From Eledone cirrhosa (Eukaryota), in the NCBI GenBank assembly GCA_964016885.1, contig OZ024740.1, positions 135,098,001 to 135,162,000 of the forward strand: a stretch of DNA of 64,000 nt. Direction: 5' to 3'. How positions within the stretch are numbered: position 1 is the first letter of the stretch; the number at the start of each line of letters is the position of its first letter. The notes under the pieces were generated by a model. The model was not told where the DNA came from. It ran no database searches and saw only the letters and a list, made by a program, of their open reading frames with translations. Below, one piece after another: positions 36,785 through 51,052 of the stretch. Both the position numbers and the translations under genes were made by a program.

Positions 36785-37879
36785 GTTAGTTGACATCTTT
36801 GAATGATCTTCTATTTCAGTTTAAAGTGTTTTAAAATCAATTTACTTTGAGTTGAAGCTGATTCTCTTAACGTATGTCACTAATTCATTCCAAGACAAGC
36901 ATAAATGTCACAACTTCACATCTCTTGTTTATGCATAGCAAAAAAAAAAAATAATAATAATATTCCAATTAGTGAAATCTTATGTGCTTTTGACTAAGCA
37001 CAGAGGACCTACATTATAAAGTAGGGTTAAATGGGAGTGACTGATGTTCATGCATTTCCTAATGTTTTATAACAGGTATAAAAATTCTGAACTTTCTTCA
37101 GTTTAGAATAGAAATTGCTCAATATCTTCAATTTGCTGAGAAGTTCTTGATTCATGGCAACTGTGCCATAAAGGCTAAACATTCCTCATTAACAAATATG
37201 CACACATACATGCATGCAGCTGTCATCATAATCGTTTTCCACACTTCCATGAGTTAGACGGGTTGTCACATTATGAGACAAGTCAGATCCGGGGACCAAC
37301 ATGCTCATATGGGTCTATATTTTGGCTTGGTTTCTATGGTTGGATGCCCTTCCTAACACCAACATTATAGAGTAGAATGGGTGTTCTGTATTTATAGAAA
37401 ACAAAACTGCAGATAATGAAGCATGTGTTTCTGTCCAGTGTATGTTTGGATACTCAAAATAAAGCATACAGCTGGTTGAACTAGACTTATAAAATAAATG
37501 GAGTATTTCCTGTCTATTATGTGTGTGTGTGTGTGTGTGCATGTATATTATTTATTATAACTTGAGTGACGCCATTACAGAACTCAGTTATCTATGTTTC
37601 AGTCTGATTGTATCCTGTCATACACTCTGGAAAGTGATGGTCAGAATCAATAAAAGGCATCTGCCCATAGAATTCTGCCTGAAAAATTCTTGTTCAAACG
37701 ATGCCAGCAGGGAAAAATGGTCATAAAACTGATGATAATCTGATGAAGAAATTCAGCATTTTGGAAGCTTTCATTGCTTTTCTTTGACACCTGTTTAAAT
37801 TACTGTTATATGAATGTTTTGGATTATTTTGTGTTAGACTTATAAAAGAAGAACTAACCAAAATGTTATCTCTTTCTAG

Positions 37880-38027
37880 CTGCTGCTTGTGTAGAAAATT
37901 GTCAGAAATGTGGAAGCAAAAACGTGGTTCAGCAAGAGACTCCACAATCAGAAATTACCTGCAATTCCTCAACACAAGAATCCTTTTCCTCAACTGTGAA
38001 ACAGTCATTCTTAGGTTTATTTTCCAA
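37880..38027 (+). CDS. STK11IP: STK11IP-like exon I (second CxxC), phase 1 to 2
   Basis: tctttctag|CT...CAA|gtgagt. Reads AACVENCQKCGSKNVVQQETPQSEITCNSSTQESFSSTVKQSFLGLFS, matching recalled CPNCGSDHVV. An alternative donor after 38014 is possible. Confidence 0.75.
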
Positions 38028-40550
38028 GTGAGTTACTTGCACTGTAACCTCCTCCTACTTTTTCATCTGTGTCAATTATTAGAAAGCATTTGTTTCTTTC
38101 TATATTTTGCTTGGCTCTTATTCCCTCCTTTGGATGCTGTCTTTTGGTGTTCACTTATATTTTGCTTCCACCATATCTCTTCTCTCCATTTCTTCTTTCT
38201 TTATTGCACAGCTTTGCATCTCCCTTTTTTAACTCATTCACTGATAATTCTATCCAGTATGTGTGTGTGCCAGTGATAAAGAAAAAAGGAGAAAGAAATA
38301 TGCTTGTTATCTAATATAAATGTCTTGAAGATTCTTCATTTGTTGATTTCCTTCATGTTATAATACTAGTCAATTCTTAACATCCTGTATACCACATGAA
38401 ACTGCATTAGCAAAACATTCTTGAAAATTACAAAACTATGACTGCTTTACATTAAAAATTGAAGTCTTTACTTTAGTTTACTGTAAATTTTCTCAATGAT
38501 CTGTCTACTAGTAAATATACTATAAATATTTGAATTAACAAAACCATTTATAGATATTTTCTGCTAAATCATGGGATGTTAAGAGTTAAAAATCGATGAT
38601 AACATTGGTTTATGGAAATAACCACAGATGATTTCAGTGGCTGACATAGAAACACTCTAAAGCCAAACAAAAAATAACAATTTGGAACCAACAATTATTT
38701 TTAAAAATTATGACAGCTTGGTATATTTGTGTATTTATTAAAAAATTCATTCTTAAGATTAGCGTGAATGTTACTGCATAGATTTTGAAACATTGTTCTA
38801 TCTAATTGAATAAGAGATGTTATAATGGAATCAGAATGTTTTTTTAATATTCTTAGATTCAACTATGTGGATTAAAAAATATTTAAAAAATGCATTAAAA
38901 ATATTCAGACAAAATGAGTGAAGAGTGATGTCACATGATAGGAAATAAGGAGTTTATAGGAAACATATATTGCTTAGATGGTATCTGGCTGTTTGGCTGA
39001 TTATTTTATGATTAACTAGATGACAGACTGAGCATGGGATTAATAATTAGGAAAATGCAATGTCTAATCATTATAGGATTTTTCATAGTTAATTTGTATG
39101 TGTGACAGCAAACTCCCACTGAACAAGTCAATATTCTGTCAGAGATAACTTTGTCAGAAATTCTGCTATTCAACATCTACATGGTTTTTGCTGTTTAGTC
39201 AGGAAAGGAAAAGAAGTATCTATTATTCTTTTTCAAAGCCTCTAATACTAGTGGGAGGGAGAGACGTTATCAGCCCAGGGACTTGGTCAAAGATTAAGTG
39301 GTGGTGGAAGTGGCTTACCTAAAAACACAAGAAAATGTCTGCAAATGTTAGTTTGATCAAAATATGAAAAATTCCTTTGTGTGTATATTTTATCATGGCA
39401 CTAATACTACCTGTGTAAAGTGGTAATGCTGGTGCCATAATAAAAATCACCCAGTACACTCTGTAAAGTAGTTGGCATCCAGCTGTAGAAACCATGCCAA
39501 AAAGGAAATGTATGAGCAAGACCAGATTCTTCAAACCATGTCAGTTTATCCAACCCATATCAAAATGGAAAGTGGGTGTAATATGATGATAATGATTCTC
39601 AAAATAAAGACTGCATTCATTTGAAATTTAGTTGAATCTAAGGAAACCTATTGCATTAAGTCAATGAGAGAAACTTTTCTCAGTCACTCAACATGTTAGC
39701 AATAGCAGCCAAATCTCTCTTATATCAGACCTTCATAAAGGAGGGGCACATTGAATAATGTGGTCTTGAGTGTACACTGCCTTGAAAAAAGATGGGATGG
39801 TAATGACTGGAATACTTGTAAACATAGGTCTACTCAATCATGATTGACCTGGTGCTAAATGACAACACATTCCATTTAATACAAACATTGTATATAGTAT
39901 TGTGTTACTGTTACTGTAAGTAATTGCGGAAAACAGTTATACGTCAATAGAAATTAGTTCAAGTGTCCCTTCCTCACTGCAAGGTGAAATTAATCACCGT
40001 AAAGTAGAAATATATATGTATGAAATTTCATAAAAGCTACACCTCAAAAAGGATGTGTTTGTTATTAGGAGAGTGGATTAGTAGAGTGGTTAGAGCATCA
40101 GACAAAATGTCTCATGGTATTTAGTTACAGCTCTTTACATTCTTGGTTCAAATCTCACTGTAGTCCACTTTGCCTTTCATTCTTCCAGGGTTAATAAATG
40201 AAACACTAATTGATTTAATCAACTAACCTCTCTCCCCAAATTTATGGCCTTATATTTAATGTAGGAATCCTTATTAATATCAAAACTGGTGGATGGTAGA
40301 ATCAATAGAGTGTTTACTGCACAAAATACCCTGCAAAATTTAGTTACAACTCTTTTTCTAAGTTCAAATTTTGCCAATGTCAACTTTGCCTTGCATCTAT
40401 TCAAGACCAGTAAAATAAGTACCAGTCATATCCTGGAGGTCAATTCAATGACTATTCCTCCTTCCCTACTGATGTCTAGTTGTGTTGAAGTAACAAAGTA
40501 TTATTATTTTCACATGAAAATAATAAATGAATAACAAAACATTATTTTCA

Positions 40551-40735
40551 GTGGATTGGCAGTATCAGTAGTGGGTCGGACACCATGCTTTCCAGCATAG
40601 TTACGTCCCTTTACGATCTGAGTTCAAATCCCGCCGAGGTTGACTTTGCCTTTCATCCTTACGGGGTCGATAAAATAAAGTACCAGTAATGCACTGGGTA
40701 ATTGCTGGCCTTGTGCCTAAAGTAGAGACAATTAT
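40551..40735 (+). mobile_element. SINE family S2
   Basis: Homologous to 20175-20348. Confidence 0.82.
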
Positions 40736-40752
40736 TTTCATGTTAAATTACA

Positions 40753-40981
40753 TTAAACCTTTAGCATTTAAACCAATCGTATCCGACCAGAACTCTCTCA
40801 CCTCTTTCTGTTCAAACCGGCTGTAACTGGCTGCTCATACCTACATTTAAGTATTGTTCTCAAAATAAATAATATCAAAATCTCGTATATTTGATATTAT
40901 GTGAGATAATTATATGAGGTAAAGCCTTTACTGTGAAAATACAATAGTATATATAGAGTAATGTAAATGTTAAAGGGCTAA
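40753..40981. mobile_element. TTAA-type MITE family M1
   Basis: TTAA-ACCTTTAGCATTTA ... TAAATGTTAAAGGG-CTAA. Confidence 0.75.
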
Positions 40982-41471
40982 TATTAAACATGTTAGCCAC
41001 AAATTAAATTATAATAAAACTACTTGGCACGCATCAGAGTGTGCATATTTAATCATTTATGTGATACAAAATATTCAATTATCTGTGATATTAACTAAAA
41101 TTAAACAAAGAAAAATGATTGACCAATGATATTTTACCTACCTTCTCTTTCTACCTCCAAATCTGTTATGGCTTTATTAATTAATTTATTTATTTAATAT
41201 ATTTTGTATATTTATTTATTTTCATTTCTTGTCCTTTGCATTAACTTCAGCTTTATGCCTGTTCTCTTTTTATTTATTTTTTCCTATTTATGAAAATACC
41301 CTATTTAAAAAAAAATATTGTCAAACTAATCAATTTTTAAGCATTGAATTAAAAGCTTTCTTCCTGCTATTTTTTGCCTTGCTTTCGTTTTTTTTGCTTA
41401 TTTTGTTTTCCTCAATTTTGTTTATTTCTTTCATTTTTCTGTTTTACATTTATGATTTTGTTTTTCTTTAT

Positions 41472-41880
41472 TTAACCCTTTTGTTACCCAATGAAAGACA
41501 CTGCCTATGATTTTCAAATCATTTTGAAAATAATGAAGAATTCCTTATTATTAAACATTACTTAACATAGATTGATACATAACATTATGATGGAAGGTTT
41601 TAAAATCTAAATACTTTAACCCTTTAGTGTTTAAACCGACCATATCTGGCCAGAATTTTCCCACCTCTTTCTGTTCAAACTGGCTGCTCATACCAATGTT
41701 AAGGTATTCTCAAAATAAATAACATCAAAATCTCGTAGCTTCAATATTATGTGAGATAAAGCCTTTACTGTGAAAATACAAGAGTAAATATAGAGTAATG
41801 TAAATGTTAAAGGGTTAAAGTAAACAGTTTTATATTGTAGAATCTAGGGCAGTTTCATGCAGTTTGGTGTCAAAAATGTA
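41472..41880. mobile_element. TTAA-type MITE family M2 hosting a nested M1 copy at 41616-41818
   Basis: The outer element starts TTAACCCTTTTGTTACC (relatives end ggtatcaaaagggttaa at ~12156 and lie at ~45762-46002). The inner element is bounded by TTAA at 41616 and 41815. Confidence 0.65.
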
Positions 41881-42229
41881 TTTATTTTCTTCTTTTATTT
41901 TATTCATTTCAATTTAAATATATTTCATTTTCATTCTTTCTATGGGTTTGGATCTTTCTGCAAATGCATGTATTTTTGTAAATTGTACTACATCCAGATT
42001 TCCTTCTCTCATTGACAATAAGAGTTGCTCAACAATTTTGTGGGAATGGTATCTATTTTCAGCGAGGTTGATTGCAGCAAATAGAATAATGTACCTTGCT
42101 TAAGAAACTACAATGTGATGATAAAATGGTAGGATTGGAATACATGACCTTTTCACTTGTAGTCTACTAGCAATAACCAATCAGCTACTGTGTCCCCTTA
42201 CCTGTTCCCACACAGCACATGTTACCTCA

Positions 42230-42480
42230 GCCATTGTCAACTGCTATACTTTGTAATCAACCACTGTACTCTATAGCCATCTGCTATACACTGTAATGAA
42301 CTACTGCACTCCATGATCAACTGCTATACTCTGTAATGAATCACTGTACTCCATTGTCAACAGCTATACTCTGTAATGAACCACTGTACTCCATGGTCAA
42401 CTGCTATACTCTCTATTCAACCACTGTACTCTATAGTCATTTGCTGTATTCCGTATTCAACCAATATATTCCACAGTCAG
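42230..42480 (+). repeat. ~40-bp tandem repeat, ~6 copies
   Basis: actgtactccatggtcaactgctatactctgtaatgaacc units. Confidence 0.85.
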
Positions 42481-43107
42481 CCATAGCACTCCTTACCTCA
42501 ACCATTAAGGCTAATATTTAGTCACAGCACTCTTTTTTTAATTATGTATGGAGTATTTCAATTACATGCCATATTTCATGTAAATTTAATATGCTATGTC
42601 TACACACAGTTCAAACTGCTATATTCTTTCTAAAATCTGGCAAATTAGTAGAGTCAGAGTGTAAGACAAAATATCTAGTGATATTTTCTCAGGCTCACTG
42701 TGCTCTGAGTTCAAATGCAGTCAAGGTTAGTTTTGCTTTTCATTTTTTCGGGGTTGATAAAATAAAGTACCAGTCCAAAGTTGTGGATTGGCAAAATTGT
42801 TAACGCTTTGGACGAGATACCTTGTGTGGTATTTGTTTTTGCTCTTTGCGTTCTGAGTTCAAATCTTGCTCTGGCCTCTTAGCTAGACTTAATCCATCAC
42901 CCAATTTAACACCACCACATGACCATCGAGTGACTTTAACAGAATCCACTCTGTTACAAGCATTCTGGCCATATCTCCAGTTCCTTCAACAATCTTAGGG
43001 GCTCTGGAAAGGGTCATGGGTGATGCCCTTCCCTTCCTAATTAAAGAGTATAAAAAATAACTTCTGGAGAATAGAATGGGATGCACGCTTAGATATTTTG
43101 TTAATAA

Positions 43108-43312
43108 TAATAATTGTTTCTAGTATGGGTACAAGGCCAGTAATTTGGGGGGAGGGGAAAGTTGATTAAATCGACCCCAGTTCATTACTGGTACTTTATT
43201 TTATCGACCCCATAAGAATGAAAGGCAAAGTTAACCTCGGTGGGGTTTGAACTCAGACTGCAAAGGACCATAACTCTATGCTGCAAAGTATGCCGTCCGA
43301 CCCGCTACCGAT
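43108..43312 (-). mobile_element. SINE family S2
   Basis: Contains ggtactttattttatcgacccc...gaaaggcaaagttaacctcgg...tttgaactcag. Confidence 0.8.
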
Positions 43313-44103
43313 AATAATAATGGTTTACCCTTTCAGTTAGTATACTGGCACTCTAACAACTCGTACACCTATGACTCTCTACAGTTCAAATACACTAGAT
43401 TTGTATGAGCCAAATGAAGGAATATGTTCGTGGTTATTTCACTTGTGAGAAATAGCAGCCAAATCTCCTTCAAATCACACAATCATTTTTAAAAAGACAA
43501 ACATTTGATAATGTAGGTCTGGGTAGTAAATTCATGACTGGAATATCTTTAATCACACGTCTGCATGGTCAGGACTGAACTGTAGCTAAACAGCAACTAA
43601 TTTAGTAATTGAATAAGAATTGATGAGATGTAGTAGATGTCTGGTGAGTTGTTGTTGTTGGTGGTGGGAGGGCGTTTGTCTGTCTTGTGAGACCATGATG
43701 TACATCTGGAAAGTTTCTATCTGAATGCAAGCCTGGGAAAGGGAAAGGTTTTTGTGGAAGACCAGTAGTTGTTCATGTATGCAAGTCTTTACTCTTCAAT
43801 GCAGAGAGCTGAAACAGATTCACAAGGCATCCCATTGAATGGACTAACAATTTTGCTTATCCACTGCCCAAGACACATACTTTAGATATAGACCCTCAAA
43901 AGGATGGAAGGCAAAGTTGACTACAGCAAAATTTAAAATGAGACTGCTGAGATCTGAAACAAATATTACAATGCTTTAATGATTCTGACAATTCACCACC
44001 TTGATCAAGATGTATAATTGTCCAATACATTATCATCATCATCATTTTTCGGTTGCAGTAGCAAGCAGCTATAATCTTCCTCCACCTATTGAAGTGTTGT
44101 GTG

Positions 44104-44234
44104 TACTAGGGGTTGCAGAAAAGTTCTCGGTTTAACCTCTTTTCCAATTTTATTTTCAGCACTCCTCATACACTTGAAGTGCTGACATGTTTTGGGAAAT
44201 GGGTTACTTTGAGAACTTTTCAGCACCCTTTATA
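44104..44234. mobile_element. Mariner-type MITE remnant
   Basis: Inverted ends TACTAGGGGTTGCAGAAAAGTTCTC / GAGAACTTTTCAGCACCCTTTATA, TA-flanked. Confidence 0.5.
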
Positions 44235-44525
44235 TCTATAGTTGGGCATATGTGTTTTAGTATACATTTTAGAAATGTATGTTTGAAAAATATGAAACTT
44301 ATTATAAAGAGACTATAAAAATTAATCAGAACAACAATGACAACTAACAATAAGACAAAACACACACATTCACACGATTTTAACAATAATCATTGGTTAT
44401 TATTTAATTAGATCTGAAAGTTTGTTTTGGAGGGGAGAGGAAATGATGTTAATGTGGAATGAAAATATTCAAAGATAAAATTATGGATTTTATTTGCTGA
44501 GAACTTAATTCCATATTACCCAATA

Positions 44526-44650
44526 ATAATAATTGTTTCTACTTTTGGCACAAGGCCAGCAATTACCCAGTAAATTACTGGTACTTTATTTTATCGACCC
44601 CATAAGGATGAAAGGCAAAGTTAACCTCGGCAGGATTTGAACTCAGATCA
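44526..44650 (-). mobile_element. SINE family S2, 5'-truncated
   Basis: Reverse complement of 20228-20345. Confidence 0.8.
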
Positions 44651-46684
44651 TAATAATATTGAACCAATATGGTAGCATCAAGACAGTCATTCAACCTGCT
44701 GGAAATAGCAGCCAAATCACATCTATCATCTCAATAAATGAAGGATAATGTAATTCTAAATACACTATGACTGAAAAAAAAAAAAACTGATGCACAGTTA
44801 GAACATCTTTGATTATATAAGTTTGTTCTCCCATGGCTGATTTGATTCTAAAAAAGACTAACAGAGATTTCTGACATAATTATGAGAGACTGGGATGTGT
44901 AAAAGAAGGAAAAATTGAATTTGTGATGTTCAAGTCTTTCTCGAGAATATTAGTTATAAAACAAGATAGGAGGCAGTTCCAACATGAGGAATCAAATATA
45001 ATTCATGGTTTCAGACTTGATGGTAACACGGCAAAAAAGTGCCCAGCCCACACTATAAAGTGGTCATGTAGGCGACATGGCAAAAAGCACCCAGGCCACA
45101 CTGTAAAGTGGTTGTGTAGGCATCATGAAAAAAAAGCACCCAACACTCACTGTAAATGAAGTTGGCACTAGGAAAGGGCATCCAGCTGTAGAAACCAAGC
45201 CAAAATCGGTTCTGTACAAGAAAGACATGGTCACCTGACCTGGCATTGCTCACAACAGGATAACTTGTCTAACCCATATCAACATGGAAAAATAGATGTT
45301 AAATGGAGATGATGATGAGGATGATATTTCTAGTGAAAGACACTGCTTAGGATTTTCAAATCATATTTGCAGTGAAGTAGCTCCGATTAAAAATTACAAC
45401 CGTTGGGTTCATTTTGACCCAGTAAAACAACAATAACAAAGGAAGGAAATTCTCGAATTCATTGTTGAATATATAGTTCACTTGATAGTTTTACTATACA
45501 GGAGTGGCTCTATATAAAAGTGTTGTCGTGAAATGCATAAAATATGTTTATCTAGTTTACAACAAATCTTTAGACTGGAGAAAGCAGTTTACTTGTTTTC
45601 TATAAATCCATGGAAAAATGGATATAAAACCAATGATGATGATAATGTGTATTCTCTTTATATACCTGTTGTCTTTAAAAGCAAGCTATGTGATAAGAAT
45701 CATTATCATAATTTCACATCCATTTTTCCATGCTGACAGGTTGTTAAAGACTAAATCAATATGTAACCTTTTCATGACTGTATTTCTAATGGAATACATT
45801 CTGTTTCAATTAATCAATGAAGAATTTTGAGGGATTTACTAAAACTATTAATTATTTCATTACTAAGATAGTACCTTAATGTAAGGTTCATATATAAAAT
45901 TATGTTGGAAGATTTAAATTTGAATTGGAAACCTTTAAAATGGGTGGTTTTATTTCATACAACCAGTGCTGGTTTTGACTGGGTTGGTAACAAAATGGTT
46001 TATCAGAACTATTATCCTTCTAGATGAGTTGGGAGATCACATCTCACTAAATACATTCCATTCTTGGCAGGATTTTTTTAATGGCTGAATGCCCTTCCTA
46101 ACACCAACCACTTTACAGAATGTATTGGGTACATTATATCATGGTACTAGCACTTCAGCATAATATCCAAACTTAAGCTGAGCTATTTGTTATAAGTCTA
46201 TATCCTATTAAATCTTGAAATATTGAGGTAGCTAAAGTAAAAATGAGCCAATGAAGAAACTTCCACATAGTCACTCGATCTGCTAAAGATATCAGCCAAA
46301 TCTTTCTCAAATCATATGCTTCAGTCTTTAAACAACCTAGCATTGTATTGAATGGTCACAACTGGAACACCTCTTATCAAAACTATGCTCAATCAGAGTT
46401 GACCTTGGGCTAAATAATAACTAAAATTCCAAGAAATATCTATTATGCTCAGCAAAGAATTTAATTTTTACTCCAATAAAAAGAAATTCATAAAAATAGA
46501 TGAATGTAAAATATAGTTTGTGCAGGAATTTGGATCAGATTATATATTTAAGATTATATATATTATAAACTTTAAAATTTGTGCATTGTGCCAGTGACAA
46601 ATCAATTGTAAAGCCCATTCTTCTCAAAGTTGATCATCCTATTTTTGCACCAATGTTAACAGTGACAACCTTGAAATGGTTTAC

Positions 46685-46843
46685 TTCTCAAGAATAGAGT
46701 AGTACCCAGTGGTGAGTTGGTTGTCACTTCAAATATGTATACAGTACAGCTTGATGATGGCCAATGGTTTTTCACACAGGACCAGATGTTCTCACCAAAA
46801 TACCCCAAACCTATGCACTGCACTAACATGGCTAGTGTTAGTC
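46685..46843 (-). CDS. Candidate exon of an unidentified minus-strand gene
   Basis: aactttccag|GA...GAA|gtaaac; 159 nt, symmetric phase 1, stop-free: LTLAMLVQCIGLGYFGENIWSCVKNHWPSSSCTVYIFEVTTNSPLGTTLFLR. No family recognised. Confidence 0.3.
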
Positions 46844-47676
46844 CTGGAAAGTTATTAATTATATTTAAACTTATAGACATGAGGCATGGTAAAAGTAAAC
46901 ATCCCGATTGGTAATCAAACACTTGGTACAAACTTGACTTACTAGAAACTTAAAACATCATCTGCAACCAAACATTCTTTCATCACAAATGAACAGTAAA
47001 CATTTAGTATTCTCTTTTTAATGTTATATCATTGTGAATCCATATGCAGAAGGAGTAAATGAAATCTATATATTTTAAAAATAATTCTAACTAATGGAGA
47101 TGAACATTAAATAAGAAGCTTGTCCTACTTATTTTCCTAATTTCATCAGATATTTAGGCTTCTGGGCTAATTTGACTTCAAAGATTCTGTTCCAGCTACC
47201 TAATCTCACATTGCTAAGAGTGTGGTAAAGAAATAAAAAAAAACAAATTCGGTCTTTCAACTACCACTTAATAAAACTGCAGCAGTTTGTAATCTGAAAC
47301 AAAGAAATGCATAGCATGTATATTAGCTGTTTATTACAGATGTTAGTTAATTGTGAGAGAGGTGTGGGAGTAGCAGCTTCTGAATTATTTTTCACAGATA
47401 CTGTTTTATGTAAGTTGGTTAGTGGAACTTCAACATGATTAGTGGTTACAGCAAACACAGGAAAAATTACTTCAGATATGAATCTTTCTCAAATCACACT
47501 TTACTGTCTTTGATAAAAGGACACATTAAACAATTTATGACTGGAGTGGATGGTCAGAAATGGAACATTTCTAATCATAAGTCTGCTCATTCAGAATATT
47601 CTTAATTTTCTTTTTAGTTTTTGTACTGGAAACTAAATCTACAAAGCCATACATTTAGGAATATATATGATACCCT

Positions 47677-47776
<100 letters not shown>

Positions 47777-48055
47777 AAATAGTCTTTAAGACTATACAGA
47801 GCATTTGATATTTTTCCAAATTGAAGGATAAGTATTTTAAACTTTATTTTATCATGAGTTAAGGGTCTATTGATTTTTCAATGGATTTCACTAAATTCTG
47901 TGGATGAATTTGTATCCTGATTCTCTTTTGAGATGAGTTTGAATTATTTTTCCTACATCTTACATTAACTATTTTTCCCATCTTGACGACATAGTCGCAT
48001 ATATGTTATGGAATACTGTTAGCTTCTTGCTAAAACAATTTCTATACCTTTCATT

Positions 48056-48086
<31 letters not shown>

Positions 48087-48087
48087 T

Positions 48088-48118
<31 letters not shown>

Positions 48119-49344
48119 TTATATATATGTATATGTATAGATATATATATGTATATATATATGTATATGTATAGATATATATATGTATAGATATATATAT
48201 GTATATATATATATATGTATATGTATAGATATATATATGTATATGTATATATATATATATGTATATGTATATATATGTATATGTATATGTATATATATAT
48301 ATATGTATATGTATAGATATATATATGTATATGTATAGATATATATATGTATATGTATAGATATATATATGTATATGTATAGATATATATATGTATATGT
48401 ATAGATATATATATGTATATGTATAGATATATATATGTATATGTATAGATATATATATGTATATGTATAGATATATATATGTATATGTATAGATATGTAT
48501 ATGTATATGTATAGATATGTATATGTATAGATATATATATGTATATGTATAGATATGTATATGTATAGATATGTATATGTATAGATATATATATGTATAT
48601 GTATAGATATGTATATGTATAGATATGTATATGTATAGATATATATATGTATATGTATAGATATATATATGTATATGTATAGATATGTATATGTATATAT
48701 ATATATATATATGTATATACATATATACATATATATACGTATATATATATATGTATATATATATACATATATGTATGTATATATATATATATGTATATAT
48801 ATATACATATATGTATATATATATACATATATGTATATATATATACATATGTATATATATATACATATGTATATATATATACATATGTATATATATATAC
48901 ATATATGTATATATATATACATATATGTATATATATATACATATATGTATATATATATACATATATGTATATATATATACATATATGTATATATATATAC
49001 ATATATGTATATATATATACATATATGTATATGTATATACATATATATATATACATATATATACATATATGTATATACATATATATATATACATATATAT
49101 ACATATATGTATATACATATATATATATACATGTATATACATATATATATATACATATATATACATATATGTATATACATATATATATATACATATATGT
49201 ATATACATATATATATATATACATATATGTATATACATATATATATATATACATATATGTATATACATATATATATATACATATATGTATATACATATAT
49301 ATATATACATATATATACATATATATATATATGTATATATATAT
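48056..49344. repeat. Sectored TA-derived minisatellite, ~1.3 kb
   Basis: A ~22-bp tatagatatatatatgtatatg sector is followed by a ~20-bp acatatatgtatatatatat sector. Confidence 0.95.
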
Positions 49345-49609
49345 AGCAGCGATGAATTAGTTTTGCGAGGTTTTTTATATGAAATCGTGTGTCGAAACAA
49401 ATATTGTTATACTTGGGGAGGGTCATATTTGTGTAATATTGCCAGAATTAATAACAGAACACACTCACTGTTTGGTTGGTTTTCGCTTCTCGCTTATGAA
49501 TCTTTTATATCGGTAATCTAATATACTCGGTCCTCAATGTTGCCATTGACTGACCGGCGGTCAAAAATAATACAGATACAATATAGACACAAACACATAT
49601 ATATAGTTT

Positions 49610-49651
49610 ATCATAAATCTTTCGTTGCACATCTGCAACATCGTCAGTGGT
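49610..49651 (-). ncRNA. Minimal type-I hammerhead ribozyme motif
   Basis: Minus strand ACCA-CTGACGA-t-GTTGCA gatg TGCAAC-GAAA-gatt-TA-TGAT; same position and architecture as 699-741. Confidence 0.68.
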
Positions 49652-49894
49652 GCTATACCTTACTCCCGCTGCATTGCATGTCTACGCCATTTTTATTCAG
49701 TCTGTCTATATATTTATTTATTTATTTGCTTGTTTGTTTATTTTATTTTGTCTTCTTTGTGCATGCGTTTGCGTGTGTGTATAGTGTTTTGTTTGCTGTG
49801 TGATGGGTGACTAGTGTGTGTTTATGTGCTTGTTGTTATTGTGCTTGTGTATGTATTTATTTATTTATTTATTTATTTTATTTTATTTACTTAT

Positions 49895-50906
49895 TTATAC
49901 TTCTCTTAGGTCAGTGTTGTTTGTTTGGGTGTTGTTGTTATTCCATTCATTCTTTCTGTTTAGCCTTGGTCTTCTAATTTCTATTTCACTGGTCTTTCTG
50001 ATTTGCCTATCTGCTGGGTCATTTCTATGTTTAGATATTATTCTAATTTCTAAGTTGTCTATGTTACCGTCATTTTGTTGTCTAGCATGTTCGTATAGTA
50101 CTGACCCGTTTTTTCGTCCTTTTAGTTCCCCCCAGTGTTGGTCTATCCTTTCACCTATGCTACGAGCTGTCTCACCTATGTATGTTGTTGTCATGTTTCT
50201 GCAAGTACCCTCTGTACATCTTATGCTATAGACTACGTTTCTAGTTTTACAGTTTATCCGGGGGTTCACCTTACATATGATACATTTCCTATTGGTACAG
50301 TGGGTTTTCTTAAAAGGGTAGGTTTTGCTGATCATGGATTTTATGGTGGTTCCTGGCTTTTCTACCACCTTTATTTTTAAGTGGGACTTTCTCAGGGCCT
50401 TTCTACACTGGTTAGCTAATTTACCTCCAGGCATAGCATCCACAAACATGACACTCTGGTATCACTGGTTGTCGTACCATGAGGTGGCTTTCCCTATCTT
50501 ATGTCTAGCCCTATCTAAGCTATTCCATGATTTGCTCCTGTATAATGGGCAAATTCCTTTCATATCCAGTTCTATGAGGGTTTTATACTTCTCCATGGCT
50601 CCTTCGTATACTCTGATTCTGTCTCTTTGGTTGTAGCCAGAGAACTGCATGCGGTTGATGAAGTGTTGGATGTGTCTTTCCATTTCTGTTGGGTCGCACA
50701 TGCGGGACACATTCTTCATCACTCGTACCAAATCTGCGATCAGAATATTAAACTTAGCACTACTGGACATTGCTGAGTTTTTGAGTATCAGGTATTTGGA
50801 GGCCATGGGTTTAGCATAGTGTGAGTGGAGAATTTGGGCTCTCTCGTCTATAGTGTTAATCCAGAGTTCTGTGTCTAATACAGGTAGTCTATTGTTAGGG
50901 TGTTTA
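49895..50906 (-). pseudogene. PLE RT-thumb plus GIY-YIG ORF with one in-frame TGA at 50462-50464
   Basis: ORFs 50462-50959 and 49895-50449 are in the same frame: SWYDNQ*YQSVMFVDAMPGG. Confidence 0.85.
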
Positions 50907-51052
50907 GAGTATATTAGATTCCCGATATAAAAGACACAGAAGCGAGAAGCGAAAACCAACCAAACAGTGAGTGTGTTCTGTTATTAATTCTGGCAATAAT
51001 ACACAAATATGACCCTCCCCAAGTATAACAATATATATATATATATATATAT

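Larger units (their letters stand above)
49345..51034 (-). mobile_element. 5'-truncated PLE (same type as 1-958) with inverted partial pseudo-LTR
   Basis: RT thumb (LPVLDTELW...HYAKPMAS...FSGY) and GIY-YIG; 49401-49528 and 50907-51034 are inverted repeats. Confidence 0.88.

Noticed and set aside
35630-42480. CRISPR-like arrays (28-43 bp repeats at 33815, 35630 and 42230)
   Set aside because: They are head-to-tail tandem units with no unique spacers and no cas genes, in a eukaryotic context.
44160-44205. Additional STK11IP exon after a strong polypyrimidine-AG
   Set aside because: It lies inside a mariner-type MITE remnant and the peptide is unrecognisable.
50462-50464. In-frame TGA in a PLE ORF as possible selenocysteine, as known for some Naiad PLEs
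   Set aside because: It is not at a conserved Cys position, the element has a C-terminal endonuclease, no SECIS was seen, and CGA-to-TGA decay is simpler. The Cys codons of the 6581-7051 ORF are all TGT/TGC.
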